DNA of 63,691 nt, counting the filler, from Reticulomyxa filosa (lineage: Eukaryota > Protista > Foraminifera), in NCBI GenBank assembly GCA_000512085.1. It is 17 parts of 17 records of this genome, joined end to end, with 100 filler letters (N's around TTAATTAATTAA, not from the genome) between each part and the next. Parts side by side here need not be neighbours in the genome. Positions count along the whole stretch, not along the records: positions 34,168 to 36,922 come from ASPP01006519.1; positions 37,023 to 38,022 come from ASPP01047987.1; positions 38,123 to 57,415 come from ASPP01007860.1; 14 more parts are not named here. One strand, given 5' to 3'. A model generated the notes under the pieces. That model searched no databases. It saw only the letters and a list, made by a program, of their open reading frames with translations, and was not told the origin of the DNA. The position numbers were made by a program, and so were the translations under genes. This document shows, piece by piece, positions 36,848-50,200 of this stretch (the stretch's first letter is position 1; each line of letters opens with the position of its first letter).

Positions 36848-38122
36848 ACTTTATCTATTTTTGTTTTGTTTTTTTTTAAAGTTAAAAAAAATGATTATTC
36901 CTTTTTTTTTTCTCACAAAAAANNNNNNNNNNNNNNNNNNNNNNNNNNNNNNNNNNNNNNNNNNNNTTAATTAATTAANNNNNNNNNNNNNNNNNNNNNN
37001 NNNNNNNNNNNNNNNNNNNNNNTAATTAGATTGTATGTGTTTGTATTGAAATGATCGTCATTAGTGAGTATAATGAAAGGAATTGTTAGAGCCAAGAAAG
37101 TAGCAATTTGGCAGACATTTGGAGAGCAAATGAACTCGTTGGATAAGTACTTGATCGACTCGACACAGTACAACAAAGAACTTCGTATAAAGCGGATATA
37201 TATTGAATCACTAATTGCGCATTGCATTTTTACGTAGTAGCTTTGACATTTGGAAAAGAGCGTAGTCAAGAACTCAACGTCACCTTCAACATACTCGCAA
37301 AAGTATATCTTGTTATATCTGTCACTTTATGAACGGAATTAGCTTAGTTATATTTACTTGACGATATTGATTTCTACCTTAAAGGAATTGATGATTTATG
37401 TTATATTTATATTAGTTAGCCTATGTCACTTTGGAGCGGGAACTTCAATATTTTCTACAAAAAAGTTGCAAGTGATGTGATTTTCTTTGTTTTTGCTTTT
37501 GTTTCAAATTTTATCGTAAAAATTGTGAAATTCTATTTTCGATACTACATTTCGCAGCATCATGAATGGACAATCGCAGAGCTAACACCTTCTTTTGATG
37601 TGATTTATGGAATATTGTCAATTGTTTCAAATTTTAATTTGATTGATTAGGGATAATCAAGACCTCTGACAAAATGTAAACACAAACATTTGATTCAATT
37701 GAATCAATGGTATATATTAAAGAGGAAATAGCGCCATAAAAAAAGGTTCTAAATCTTCTTATTAGTTATGCAATTCTCATGACAGAAAAAAATGGGTAGA
37801 TCCACACACAAAATGGTCCTATAACAAAACAAATAAATCTACAAATAAGCGTTTGGGGTTGTGTCTTGCGACGTGGTAAAATGAACATCAAGTATCATTC
37901 TCGTCATCACTTGGGGGAGCTGGTGGCTGGAATAGCATGTCATCTTGGCTATAACGACTATGAGTGCTTTTGACACTATCCCTTCGTGGAGAGGCCATGA
38001 CCAATTCCAGTGAAGGCACTGANNNNNNNNNNNNNNNNNNNNNNNNNNNNNNNNNNNNNNNNNNNNTTAATTAATTAANNNNNNNNNNNNNNNNNNNNNN
38101 NNNNNNNNNNNNNNNNNNNNNN

Positions 38123-38161
<39 letters not shown>

Positions 38162-38199
38162 AGTGTTCATGGTGGTGTGTACCCACTTTTGCTTTATAT

Positions 38200-40485
38200 G
38201 ATTAATAAATAAACGTAAACAGTTCGGAAATGAGCTGCTTCCATTGCACAGCCTCGTCAGCACGATGACAAGTGATATCCCACCTTCGCTGAGGCGTAAA
38301 AATGTGAAACAGTTCAGGACGACCCGATGAAATGGAAACTTTTTGCATATTTTGCAAATCGATTTCCCCTTTTTTTTGTCGGCACTCATTATTTTCATAG
38401 TAATGAAGTACTTTGTCAGAAGTCAAAATGAAAAAGCGCTTTTGGGTGGACGACCCGACATGGGCTCCTGCTTTGCTCATGTGTCCCACTTTAAGCGTAA
38501 CGACATGTGGAGGACATACTTTGACACATGTCAGATTTAGTTGAGGGTATACACAGACCGGCTTTTCCAAATGCGACGCAACGAACATTGGCGACTGTAA
38601 TTCGTTGGTGAGCGGAGGTTGCGACCACAAAGAGGCCAATGGTTTGGAAGAGATTGTCTTGGTATCCCAAACGAAATCTCTGGGGAGGACTCCTCCTCGG
38701 ATCATCATCATCTTCTCTCGTGGGGACGCTTTTTCTTTGTCAAATAAGACAGATGCGTTATTTCCTATATGTCGTTGTTGTTTTTTGTTTTTTTTTTGCT
38801 ATTCGTTTCTCTCTCTCTCTCTCACATGTTACATTACAATGAACATTCAACAAACAGAAACACAGTATACGTACAACCATATATACATATATATACACAG
38901 ATGTAAACCCCATTTTGAGAATCCTTCCAAATATTCCGCTTTGATACACACAACTCTTGAAAACTCTTGAGGCGTGCTGATTTGTCCGCTCTTTTTGAAC
39001 GTGGCGACATCGCCCAAACTAACGTAGCCTTCAGGAGGCTTTGGTTTGTAGAAAGCGCCAATTCCCTCTGTTTTTAATGCGGGCTCTATAAATTTCGTGC
39101 TCCATTTCATCTCAAAACCGAGCGGCTTGGCGAACGCATTGGGATCGGAGCCTCCTTCTTTCACCGTCACCAAGAATAGGTTTTCAGGAAAGCTACGTTC
39201 CGGAGTTGCCAAATATCCGAGACAATATTCGTCTTCGGCCAATATCGGCTTCCAAACAGAGCACTGACATCCACTGGCATTGGTGACATTGGCGGTGGAC
39301 CACGCTAATTCGAATCGATTGCAATACGATATGAGTAATGGTCTCTGTTCATTGTTCTTGTTCTTGTTCTTGTTCTCTTCTTCCGACAAGCTGTCTCCTA
39401 CATAAAACAAGACAAAAAGATATGTAAGAGGGGGGGGATGATGATGAAAATACACAAATATATACGTATACATATATATACATGTATATGTATATATATA
39501 TGTATATATATATATGTATATAAAATAATAAAATAAAAAAAATAAATAAATTAATAAATGGATAAACACACCCAACAATTCTTCCGACTCTTGTAGTATA
39601 TTAGTCTCTTCTCCCTCTTGTTGTTCCTGGAGTCTCGTTTTTGCTGACGCAGAAGATTCGGAGGCAGATGAGACGACGATGACGATGACGATGACGATAA
39701 TGATGATGTCAGTGACGTCGTTCTCAACGACGAGTTTTTCAACGAAGATAATTTGGTCGTGCGAAATCGGACTCGATACCACTTCCTTCGTTTCACCGAA
39801 TGTGGAAGTGTACTTCTTCGCTTTGGCGACCAATTCACACTTTCAAAGTCTGCTGCGTACTCCCATCCGCTCTTGCTCGTGTGCTCATTCATCTCCACCT
39901 TCCAATCCATCGCCCATTCCCAATCGTTTGGGATCGTCTTACTCACTATGCCCTTCGTTTTAAAGTTCCCATTTGTATCGCTCCAATGTGTCGGATCTTT
40001 TGGCAGATATGGAGATGCCCATCGATGCACCAACCAACGCTGATTCTCGTATAGATACTCCGTTATCTCTTGTTCGTTGTCACTCTTTTTTTTTTTTGTG
40101 AGTTCATAATTGCATATAAAAATTATATGCAAATATATGTACGCATAATCGTGCAGTTTTTCAACATAGAAAAATACATTCTTACAATTCGAACACGGGC
40201 ACGTCTCCATTCGCGACGACGACATTTATAAGACGATTTATATTGTTGCTTCCATTTGCTATCTTTTCCAACCCATCTCTTTGCATATTCCCAAACCCCA
40301 TGTCTCCAATCTGTCGCCCATGACCACTCGCTTGGTGGGAGTATCTTGAACGGAATTAACTGTGGCCGATAGTCTGCGTGTGAAAAATTTGGAGGATCTG
40401 TTTTAGAGGCTACACATTTGTCCCAACGTCTTTGCAACGAATGCCACGTTTGATTTTCATATACAATCTCCCATACAAGCTCCAT
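38200..40485 (-). CDS. Protein with 2 DysF (dysferlin/Pex24-like) domains, a Vps62/DUF946-like domain and a PH domain
   Basis: YENQ.W...W.W..DW...WEYA...RR.W.R occurs twice. SVWKP...YCLGYLA and YKPKPPEGYVSLGDVA are Vps62-like. KVGHMSKAG...KRFFILT...LHYYE...KGEIDL...EAVQWKQLI is the PH domain. Confidence 0.8.
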
Positions 40486-41259
40486 TTGAATTATCAAAAG
40501 ATTTTTTTCGTTCTAGCAGCTACTGTATCTGATTGATGTCTGCCAATAGTGCGTGGTAAAGATGGCAATCACATTTTAATGACACGAAAAATATAAATCT
40601 GTTTATGAAGTAAAATTCACAATCATAAATGCATTATTTTTGTTCATGTCTACGAATTAAGTGAAACAAGTAAATAATACACATCAAAAAAAAGGCAGAA
40701 ATATAAACAAACAAATATCAAATGCTGTTATGGTAGAATAATAAATAAAAAGTTTGTGGAAAGTTACTTTTGTAAGTGCTATGTTTTATTTCTAATTTAA
40801 TGTGATTCTAAGTTCAGGTTTAGTAAAATAAATGAGTAAATCCAACTATATTTAACACGTCCACTGCAATCAAAAGAAAAGTTAAGATCAATTTGCAAAA
40901 TGTCTTTCAATTAAAACTTTAGAAAATAATGTGTACACGTTTTGGGATTTGTTTTATCCATGATGCTTTCCTTTGCATGATCAGGAAAACATTTTGGTAT
41001 AATTGCATGAATGAATCAATTCTTCCGAACATCCCAAAAAGGGCTTACATTAAAGTATATGTTAACAAAAATGTAACTCCCACAAATAAAAGTAAAAATA
41101 GTACATGGCAATATCAAAGGAAATTAGTGATATGAAAATTTGTAATTCCAAAATGTTCTTGCAATTTGGCAAAATATTGCAATATTTTAAGTGTTGAATG
41201 CTAAGCTAGGGAAAAAAAAAATTACAATAGACATATCAGCTATGGAAAAACAGCGTTTA

Positions 41260-42400
41260 TTAGAAGATGTCATTTAATGAAATGTGTAATTTTTTCAAAG
41301 CATTTTTTGCTTCATTGTGTTTCCACACAGCGCCCGTTGTCCATTGCCATGCTGTTGGCTTAAAATGGCAAAAGGCATTTGAAAACAACGTGCCATTAAA
41401 TGGATGTGGTCGTCCATGAATCAGCGCATGGCTTTCATACAACACCATTTCGCCAGGTTTTAAATTGATTAAATACCTTTTGCCATCGAATCCAATAATT
41501 TCCAATGGCCATGGTGAATCGATGTCAGTCTATAAAATGACAAAAAAACCAAATCGTATCCATGAGCAAATGTGATTTGAGAGGGGAAAAAAAAAAAAAA
41601 AAAAAAAAAAAAATTTAATGCATGTAACTTGCGCCACTTGCAGAATGGCACTATAAACGTGAGTTTCAGTGCGGTCCACATGGTTTCGTAATAAGGCATT
41701 TCTGGAATATTCTCGAATTCCATAAAAAGCAGTGAACTCGAGTTCACTGCCACCAGACCAGTCAGCCAGAATGGGTCTCACAACATCGTTTGCAATGGCA
41801 TCACGTTCTTCCCATCGATTATCAAGGCTAATCATGTGCGACTTTACGTCAAAGTAGTTAAGCTGAGTGCCCTCGTCTTCCCACGACTCTGCGATTCTTG
41901 TGTCGTAATAATCACGATAAAACGTCTGTTTGTTTGTTTGTTTGTTTGTCCAAAGTAGTTTTGTTTCAAATATGTATGGAACACTGCAAAAAGCATGTTG
42001 TTTGTTTGTTTGTTGTTCAAACACATGCAAAAAGAGTACGTGCCATCAATCGTTGATGTAAACCTTTGGGCATTTTAATTTTTTTGAAGCCAAGTGGATC
42101 ATGATGAGGAAGGACAATTGGAAAGACTAAGTTTCTGACGTGCGTCATCACAGTTGTGGCGTGTCTTCGTCGCACCAACTCTTCGGTGAGTCGCTGTCTC
42201 GGACCAACGTCAAATCCCCACTGACCGTCTTTCAACTCGGTCACTAACAACTTGGTCATGTCAGGTGCAACTGTGTACTTTGGATTTTTTGCAGCTCTTT
42301 GCTTGCGCTCTTTCTTGCTCTTGACTTGATTACTTTATTTTAATAATAATAATAACAATAACAATAAATAATAATAATAACAATAAATAATAATAATAAC

Positions 42401-42433
<33 letters not shown>

Positions 42434-43282
42434 TTATATATTAAAAACAACAGACAATCAAAGAGACATTGAAACAAACTTTGTCTCGGGATTGACGCTA
42501 ACGAAAATCTGGTCTCCTGTATATGCCTGCACAAGCGTATGCGATTGGCTTGGATTGATCTTGTATGCTTTGCCATTACGCCCACTTCCATCTTTGACCA
42601 ATGGGTTCTTTGGATTTGGGACGACGGTCACCTGCAATGGGAAAGGCTTGTCGGTTGATATCTTAATGTCCACTTTCAATAAATCCCATAACCATTCTTT
42701 CCAAGACGAAAATTGGCCATTGCTACTACTATCCCATATTTTAATTGTACTCGTGTCTGGCGTGGTCAGGTAGTCGTCGCCCAGACTGTTCGCGTAATCG
42801 ATTGGCACAAATACCAACAACGGACATTCACACGTGTCTGGTGTCTTTGATTCCACGTATTTCCTTACTCCTAATGTCGCTGCTATATCCATGTGATCTT
42901 CCACTTCATGCCAAATGCGATCTTTCAATGCTGACATTTCATACTGCGCAAGCATTAAATGTTCAAGGCCCGGCAAATCATTATCGTCGTTGTGAAAGTT
43001 TAGTGCCTTCAACTGTTGCTGACATTCCTTCGTGTCATTGTATAATGCTATCACAGACGCAAAACGAGCACCTATTGGCAAATCTTGAATAAGATCATGG
43101 AACAGTGGACGATAAATTAATTCGTATACTATTGTTTATTGTTATGTTTTTTTTGTATTTCAAGAGGACGTTTGGGAAAAAAGGAATTAGGTAATACAAA
43201 CTCCACCTTTTCCTTCGCAAATGGCAAAGGCAAAGAAAAGCAAAGAAATCCAGCCTCTTAGAAACGACATTTTCGTCCTCAT
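41260..43282 (-). CDS. Secretory-pathway 2OG-Fe(II) oxygenase-like protein, multi-exon
   Basis: Signal peptide MRTKMSFLRGWISLLFFAFAICEG in exon 1. YGIREY...LRNHVDR...SAILQVAQ, WPLEI and LKPGEMVLYES...HGRPHPF give an HxD...H facial triad. Confidence 0.8.
42341..42432. repeat. (TAA/CAA)n microsatellite within an intron
   Basis: Directly visible. Similar (TA)n tracts lie at ~2740-2790, 10170-10240, 39465-39520 and 56665-56712. Confidence 0.9.
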
Positions 43283-43478
43283 ATTCCAAAATTGAACTAA
43301 TCACCCTTTTTTCTTGTCGTTGTTGCTCCTTCCTTCTTGGTGTTCTTTCCTTTTTACAATATTATAACACTCCAAATTTTCAAAATAGTTTCTTCGGAAA
43401 AAAATTTTATCACATTGAATGGAATAGCTTACAGAATATTTTAGTCCTCACCCGTCGTTAAAAAAAAATTCTTCGAAA

Positions 43479-44656
43479 ATGGCTTCATCTTTGCTTGGAT
43501 GCATATTACCTCGATTTCGTTCTCGTATCCCGTGGAAGAAAAGATTATTTATTTCCTCATTGTGCACACATGTCTCTTATTCCTTTCGCTTTTTAACGTC
43601 TTCCGCGTCAGTTACCCCAAACGGATTTTATCACGACTTTACTTTTTTAGACAGAGTATGGGATGACCGGAATAACGGAAAAGTGAACTCAACGACCTTG
43701 CTCAAACAACCATTGCAGACAACAAATCTTTCTAAAAGCCAATCTTCTTCTCTCCCAGTGGGGACTTGTTATGACGTGATTGTGCTGAATTGTCCAGCGG
43801 ATGAAGCACTGGTAAAACTATGCGAAAAATCGCGTCGTGTGATCTGTGCAGATGGTGGAGGAAATACAATGTATCGACTGCAACCACCTGATCACGAGAG
43901 CGAAAAAAGCGTGTCCGTGCCAAAAAAAAAGCATTTACTTCCTTACGCGGTGGTTGGTGATATGGACAGCATTGAGCGCCAGACATTAGATTATTTTGTG
44001 AATTTGGGAGTTAAGAGTATTTATCGACCATCTTCGAACAATACCGATTTTTACAAAGCATTATCTTATGAATTGGAAACGATTACAGAATCATCATCTT
44101 CAGATTCAGAGCAAAAGAATCCAGAATATATTATTGCATGGGGAGCTTATGGTGAGAGATTTGATCATGAAATGCAATCATTCAATATTTTGAAGCAATT
44201 TGACACAGAATTGTTGCCCAAACACAAGTGAAGTTGGTGTTGTTGTTTTGTTTTTCTCAAAAATATCTGAATTCTCTCATATTGACCTTTTGTGTAAAGA
44301 ATCATAACTTCTTAATATAAACCATATATAGAAATGCTGGTAATGTTCGGCTGATGTTGATGAGCGGCAAAAATTTTTGTGTTGCTTTAGGGAAAGGAAC
44401 ACACAAAATTAGACTTGCAAAAACACAAGGACCCATTTGTGGTGTGCTACCAATATACGAACCTGTTACAGTAACCACATTTGGGCTTAAATGGGATTTG
44501 AAAAAAAGTTTGTTGTCATTTGGAGGGCTAGTTAGCAGTAGCAATGAAATTGTTAAAAAAACAAATGACGAGCCCATAGTAATTGAGACCGATGGTGTTG
44601 TTGTTTTTCATACTAACATGAACATTAATGTGCAAAGCAACTATTGGCACTGGTGA
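43479..44656 (+). CDS. TPK1: Thiamine pyrophosphokinase, 2 exons
   Basis: ICADGGGN, VVGDMDSI, NTDFYKAL, GERFDHEM, CGVLPI, TTFGLKWDL, SFGGLVSSSN. Confidence 0.95.
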
Positions 44657-45619
44657 TTAAAACTGATCACTTGTCCCTTCAATTTTATTGAACAATTGTT
44701 AGGGATTTTTCAAATCGTTTAAAATATCAATATCTTTGACTTGTTTTCTAGATTTGAAATTTCCAATCAACGTTTTTATCTTAATTGTTTATTTTCCAGT
44801 CGTTACAATTGCACAAAATAAGGCAAGACTTGTTACAAAAACTTTATTCTGGACAGAAGTCTTTTGATAGAAGAATTTAGACCAAATTCGAATGGATTTG
44901 TAATAATGAGTGCATTTTTTCCCCTTTTTGTGAACAAACAATGTGCAAATCAATTAAATTAAATTTTTCTTTATATTTTCATTAAAATACGAACACAAAT
45001 TAGATGCATAATTTAACATTAATTATAACACTCAACATTTTTTAATTACGAATTGAGTTTGTTTTTATTGATATATAGACAACAAAATGTATTAAATATG
45101 TTAAAATAAAGCTTACCAATTGTGATTTTTTTTTAATTGATTGTATTTAAAAATTTATCCTTTTTTTATTTAATTTGTTTCATAATTATCTTTTTTTAGA
45201 GTCGCTCCAATTAATGGAGATACAATTTAAAGCTACATAAAGTTTAAATCATTTCAAGATTCTTAATAACTGATTTTTATCTATCATTTTTAAAAAACAA
45301 CTTAATTCAAAAAGAAAGCACAACATCCCGTGTTTATGATACTTTCATTATTTCAATCCAAGTCATGGTTGATAGATAATGATGTTTAACAAATATTACT
45401 TTGCATTGAAAGTCCTCGATACAATAATTCAACCTTTCATGAATTTCAATTTTCATTGCTTAAATTATGTGTAATTTTTTTGTTTTATTAACCAAATGAA
45501 AAATGCACATGAAAAATATTTTTGTTTTGTCGTGTCACATCCCCTTTTTATTTTCAAAAATTAGACTTAAAAAAATTTCCTAAACATTAACAACATATCC
45601 ATCAAACTACAACACAAAA

Positions 45620-46411
45620 CTCTCTTGAAAGAGAAACTGAACAAATTCAACAGCTTACTACACCCTTTCAACCTTTGAAGGAGTTGACTACTCCACTTTC
45701 TGCGTTTCAATGTGCTATATAAACACGAACTCATCATTTGCCGAGCTTGTTATTCTTATGATGCACTCAAAAACGAATACAAGTTTACCTGTGAGTATCC
45801 GAGTAATGTTGACTTATGGAAATACTGTATAGTGAAACTGGTAGATAACAAAAAAAAAGCAATCAAATCACTTTATTGTCTTTTGGTGGATTACTTAAAC
45901 TACATTGTGATAAAATATGTAAGTGTTTGAGTAATGGCAATAATGACAACAATAATGATGAAAATGAAAAGAAATTAAACAAATCAAACAATTTCAATTA
46001 ATGGATTCCTTTCACAAATCTAATTATTATTGGAAGAGATGATAATTATTTTGGAGTGAATACAGTGATTGGTGGGATAACATTTGAAAAAACTTTACCC
46101 AGTTCATCAAGTGATTATGTTGCAATATTGAGTGAAGATGACAATGATATACACATCATTGGAGGATCAAATGTTAAAAAAGAAGTATCAATTCACATAA
46201 AGGCTAAGGTGTGTGAATGGGATAATTCAGTTGTTAATGATTTGTTTATTATTTATTATTTATTTATTTTGATTAAAAAATAAATTTGATTGCAAATAAT
46301 GAATAGTCAAAAAAAAGAAGATTTGCTATTCAATATTGGGTTCGAATTTTAAAGATAAAATTAGGATTGATCGGTGATTTTGATCAAATTATTATGAGAT
46401 ATAGTAGATGA
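45620..46411 (+). pseudogene. Degraded Kelch-family gene
   Basis: TPFQPLKEL, YKHELIIC.ACYSY..LKNEYKF.CEYP and IHIIGGSN parallel ORF 23259. It has deletions and frameshifts, with a terminal exon at 46307-46411. Confidence 0.8.
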
Positions 46412-47200
46412 ATAAATTTGAAAGATTACAATTAAAATATTAAATATGATTTTATTTTTGGTTTTAATTTTTTCAAAATATATACATATAAAATTAACAA
46501 TAAACAAATAAATTGCCAGTCTTTAATTCGTCTTTTGAGTTTTTTATTCGTTTGCTTTTCTTTTTTGAAAAAACTTTGTTTTTACTGAGCGGATAATTAA
46601 ATAGAGAATATTTCCCTTTGTAGAAGATTTTTCTGCTCAAAAACACAAAAGTCAATCATTATTACTGTTTGCATCTGTAAGGGAGTTAAAACATTTTCAC
46701 AATAAACTATTTCTGGACATAAAATTCCTCAATTCCTTTTTATCTGAAGATTAACAATTCCAAGGGTTCAATAAGCACTTGTTGTGGATTCAGTCAACGA
46801 CATTTCATAACTATCTTTGTTCAATGTCTTACAATTCTATCAATGACGACTGTTGTTTTTTACTCCTCTCTTATTTAGTAATCAAAAGGGCAAAATTATA
46901 TTAAAAAATTGAATTAATTTTTTAAACAAAATTTACAATTCCAGCTAGACTTGCAAATGCTAATCGATGAAAGTCAAATGTTGAAGGAATATTTAAAAGC
47001 AAAAGATCCTCATACATTTTGAGTCACAACCGCCAAACCATTGTCATATGAAGGGAGAAACAACATATTCATAAAAAAAAGGATTTTGATTAATAGCCAC
47101 TATACAACGCCCACAAAACAAAAGCACAATATTTTCGGTGGGATGTTCTTTTTTGACAAAAAAAGTTTATTGCGAGTAGTTTTTCTAGTAATAACGTTTT

Positions 47201-50200
47201 TCATGCTTCATCGTAATTAAACTCTTCTCCTGCTTCGGCTGTTTCGGTTGTAACTAAATAATGATTGTGACACATTTACAAAAAAACCGTTGAATATAAT
47301 AATATGATAGCAACAAAAAAACACAATATGAAGGTTTAACCGTTCTCGGGCATGTCATCCATTGGATAATCAATCTCTGCGCTTTGTTTACGAGGAGGTT
47401 TTGGAGGAACCCGCGGAGGAAGTCCAAAGGCTCGAGGCTGTGCTTCTTCTGCTGCAACTGTTTCAACAGGTTGCATTTGTTGACGTGGTGACTCAGATAC
47501 TGTTTCGATATTTCTCTGGACTGTTTGATTCTTTGGTTGCAATTCAACATTTGTGTAGCCGCCATGTGCATTGGTTTCTACTTCTATCTCAAGCCACATC
47601 AACTTATATCGTATTGCATTATTTTGCTTCTACTTAAAGAAAACTTAACTTTCGTCAGCATGCAACATATGACTCATCGATGTTGCTTGTTTATCTTCTT
47701 CATTCGCCAGCATGTCTTTCAAATCAGGTCGATAGTAGTCGTGAGCAATAGTGGCATCCTTGAAAGCCCGGGGTTCATGTCGTGATTTGTCGTAGGGATG
47801 TCTGGAATATACCAAAGGCACTGGAGCATATGGATTTTCACGTAACAAATCGACTGACGATAAAACCCATTCGATCATGAAAGCAACGAGATACCCGCAT
47901 ATTAAACCTCCTACGGCTATCACCAAAATGTAAAATGGAGACAAGCAAATAGCTCGCACAGCAATGATGAACGGAACGTGGGCATCCCATAGTGCGTCAT
48001 CCAGCCATGAACGAACAAAATGTCGATACATCACACCAAAGATTGGCTGCACTCCAGGACACAGCTTGGGGTTGTAAGCCGAGTCTGAAGCATCAAAGAT
48101 TATAGGAGAATATATGGTAGTTGGACATTTGACGTTATGTGACGCAACTTTTCCATATACTGTAATTTCGTTCAATTGGAATGCATCTGCCCATGTTTCC
48201 GCAGACGAAAAATTGATTCGAAGGAATTTAGTATCATTTGGTGAATTGTATACATACACCGTTTGGACATCATTTGTTTTCTGATAATCACTTGCCATGT
48301 ATTTATTTGATGATGTTGATTGGGCTTCATATGTGTCACCTTTTTGATATTTATTTGTTTTGTTTTGTTTACGATTATTTTTTTGAGAAACAAAAAATAA
48401 CAACAGTATAATATGTCACATACTTCCATTGGATTTTATATAAAATGTGTACGGCACAGATCCATAAGATGAATTGTAGCCTTGGGAATTGCTCTTATTA
48501 AAGTTCCAGGAAAAGGCAACGTATTCAATGTGCCAGTAAGTGGAAAAGTTGGGATGTGGTGCCCACATCAATTGCAAACGAGGAAATTCAATGTCAATTG
48601 ACACTGTTCTATGCTTATTGTCTTGTCTCAAAGTTTTGGAGTCTGATGGGATGTAGGGTTGCCAAGATGTGTTGGTCAAATGATCAAACAAATTGGGAAG
48701 GGTTTGCTTCGCTACTGTTCCTAAGTTCGAGGATCCTACATACGTTACTGGATATCCGTCTTGTGTAACATCTTTTTTTAGTAAATAAAAAGGAAAAGCA
48801 CGGAATCAAGTTTTGCGTTTTCATTTATTTATATGAACAAAATAAAAATAAAAACAACGTACCTCGTACAGTGCCCATATACTGACCCCACGCGTCACAG
48901 AAATACGAATTGAATCCTTCCACACGTTGCAATTCTCCTTTGTTCCACTGCACAATTTGGGCATTCTTTTCAATGGCATATTGTATGCGGGACTTTTTCA
49001 TGTTTGCCAAGGTATAATTATTGTAGGTCAAAGCAGTAGTACAAATTACACTGTTGCGAACGGATCTTTGAGCAGCCAACCCACTTGTCAATAACTTTTT
49101 TTTTAATGTGAGTATATTTGTTTTATATTTTTTAATCAATAGCTTGTAAACAAAATGTATTCAATTAACTGGGAAAATTTGAAGTTGCTTGATAAAATTG
49201 ACGTTAATAATTTGATCGATAAGGAAATACATCAACAAAAGGAAAGATAATAAGATGAGTAATTGGACAAGCAGCCAAATCCAATAAAACAGCTTCCAAC
49301 ACGTATACGTCACGTTCGAACAATACCCTGAACAATAAATGACACTGCTCAATACTTTATCACCTATATTTTCATTACTTGGGCAGCAAAATACGCTCTT
49401 TGATCGCACCATCAAATGACGCAATTCTATTTCTACATCTTTACCACGGATCACATTAGCAAGCTTTTTTCCCAAGAAGAAGTATAAAAAAAACACACGC
49501 AATATCGCTTTGATGTAAGCCTTAAACTCAATATCCCCCAAAAAAAGACAATCAGCAATATTGAAATAGTGTACTAAACAATTCCGGCAGTCTTGTACCA
49601 TCGATAAATGGTTAATAATGTATCGAATCCCACGAACCAAAAAAGAGGAATTCCAATGTTAGGAACATTGATATCCAAAGGCAAGGAAATTGAGGGGATA
49701 GCAGGAATTTGAACTAAACCAGTATTGATTGATACAATGTCGGAAAAGTTATAGTCACCAGTGTGGTTTCCAAGATCGGACCAATTGAAATTTGTGTTAT
49801 TCAACACGTAGTCGTATGCTTTTTGCAAAACTGGTTGACTGAAATTACCTTGTGGACAGTATGGACATATAATTTGGATTTCCATGCTCACAAACAAATT
49901 AACGTTGTTTTGGTCAAAGGTACCACGTACACTTTTTTGAACAACTTTCGTATAAATTCCTTTGGCGGTTGGATCAGCAATTACTTTCACCGAAATATTG
50001 AAATTGTCGGATCGGTAACCATTCAATGCTTTCAATGATGCATACAGTCCTTGCAAAGTACTATACAGATTTCCAACATTTGATTGATACGCTTCTAAAT
50101 ATTGTGTGTCCAATTCCGTATTGATGTTAGCCAACTGATCGACAGTGCTCATGGAGAATGTACTTGTACTATATCCTATGTTCAGACAAGACAAATGTTA

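Noticed and set aside
37023-38022. 1-kb contig with short ORFs
   Set aside because: No recognisable motif, repeat or RNA structure.
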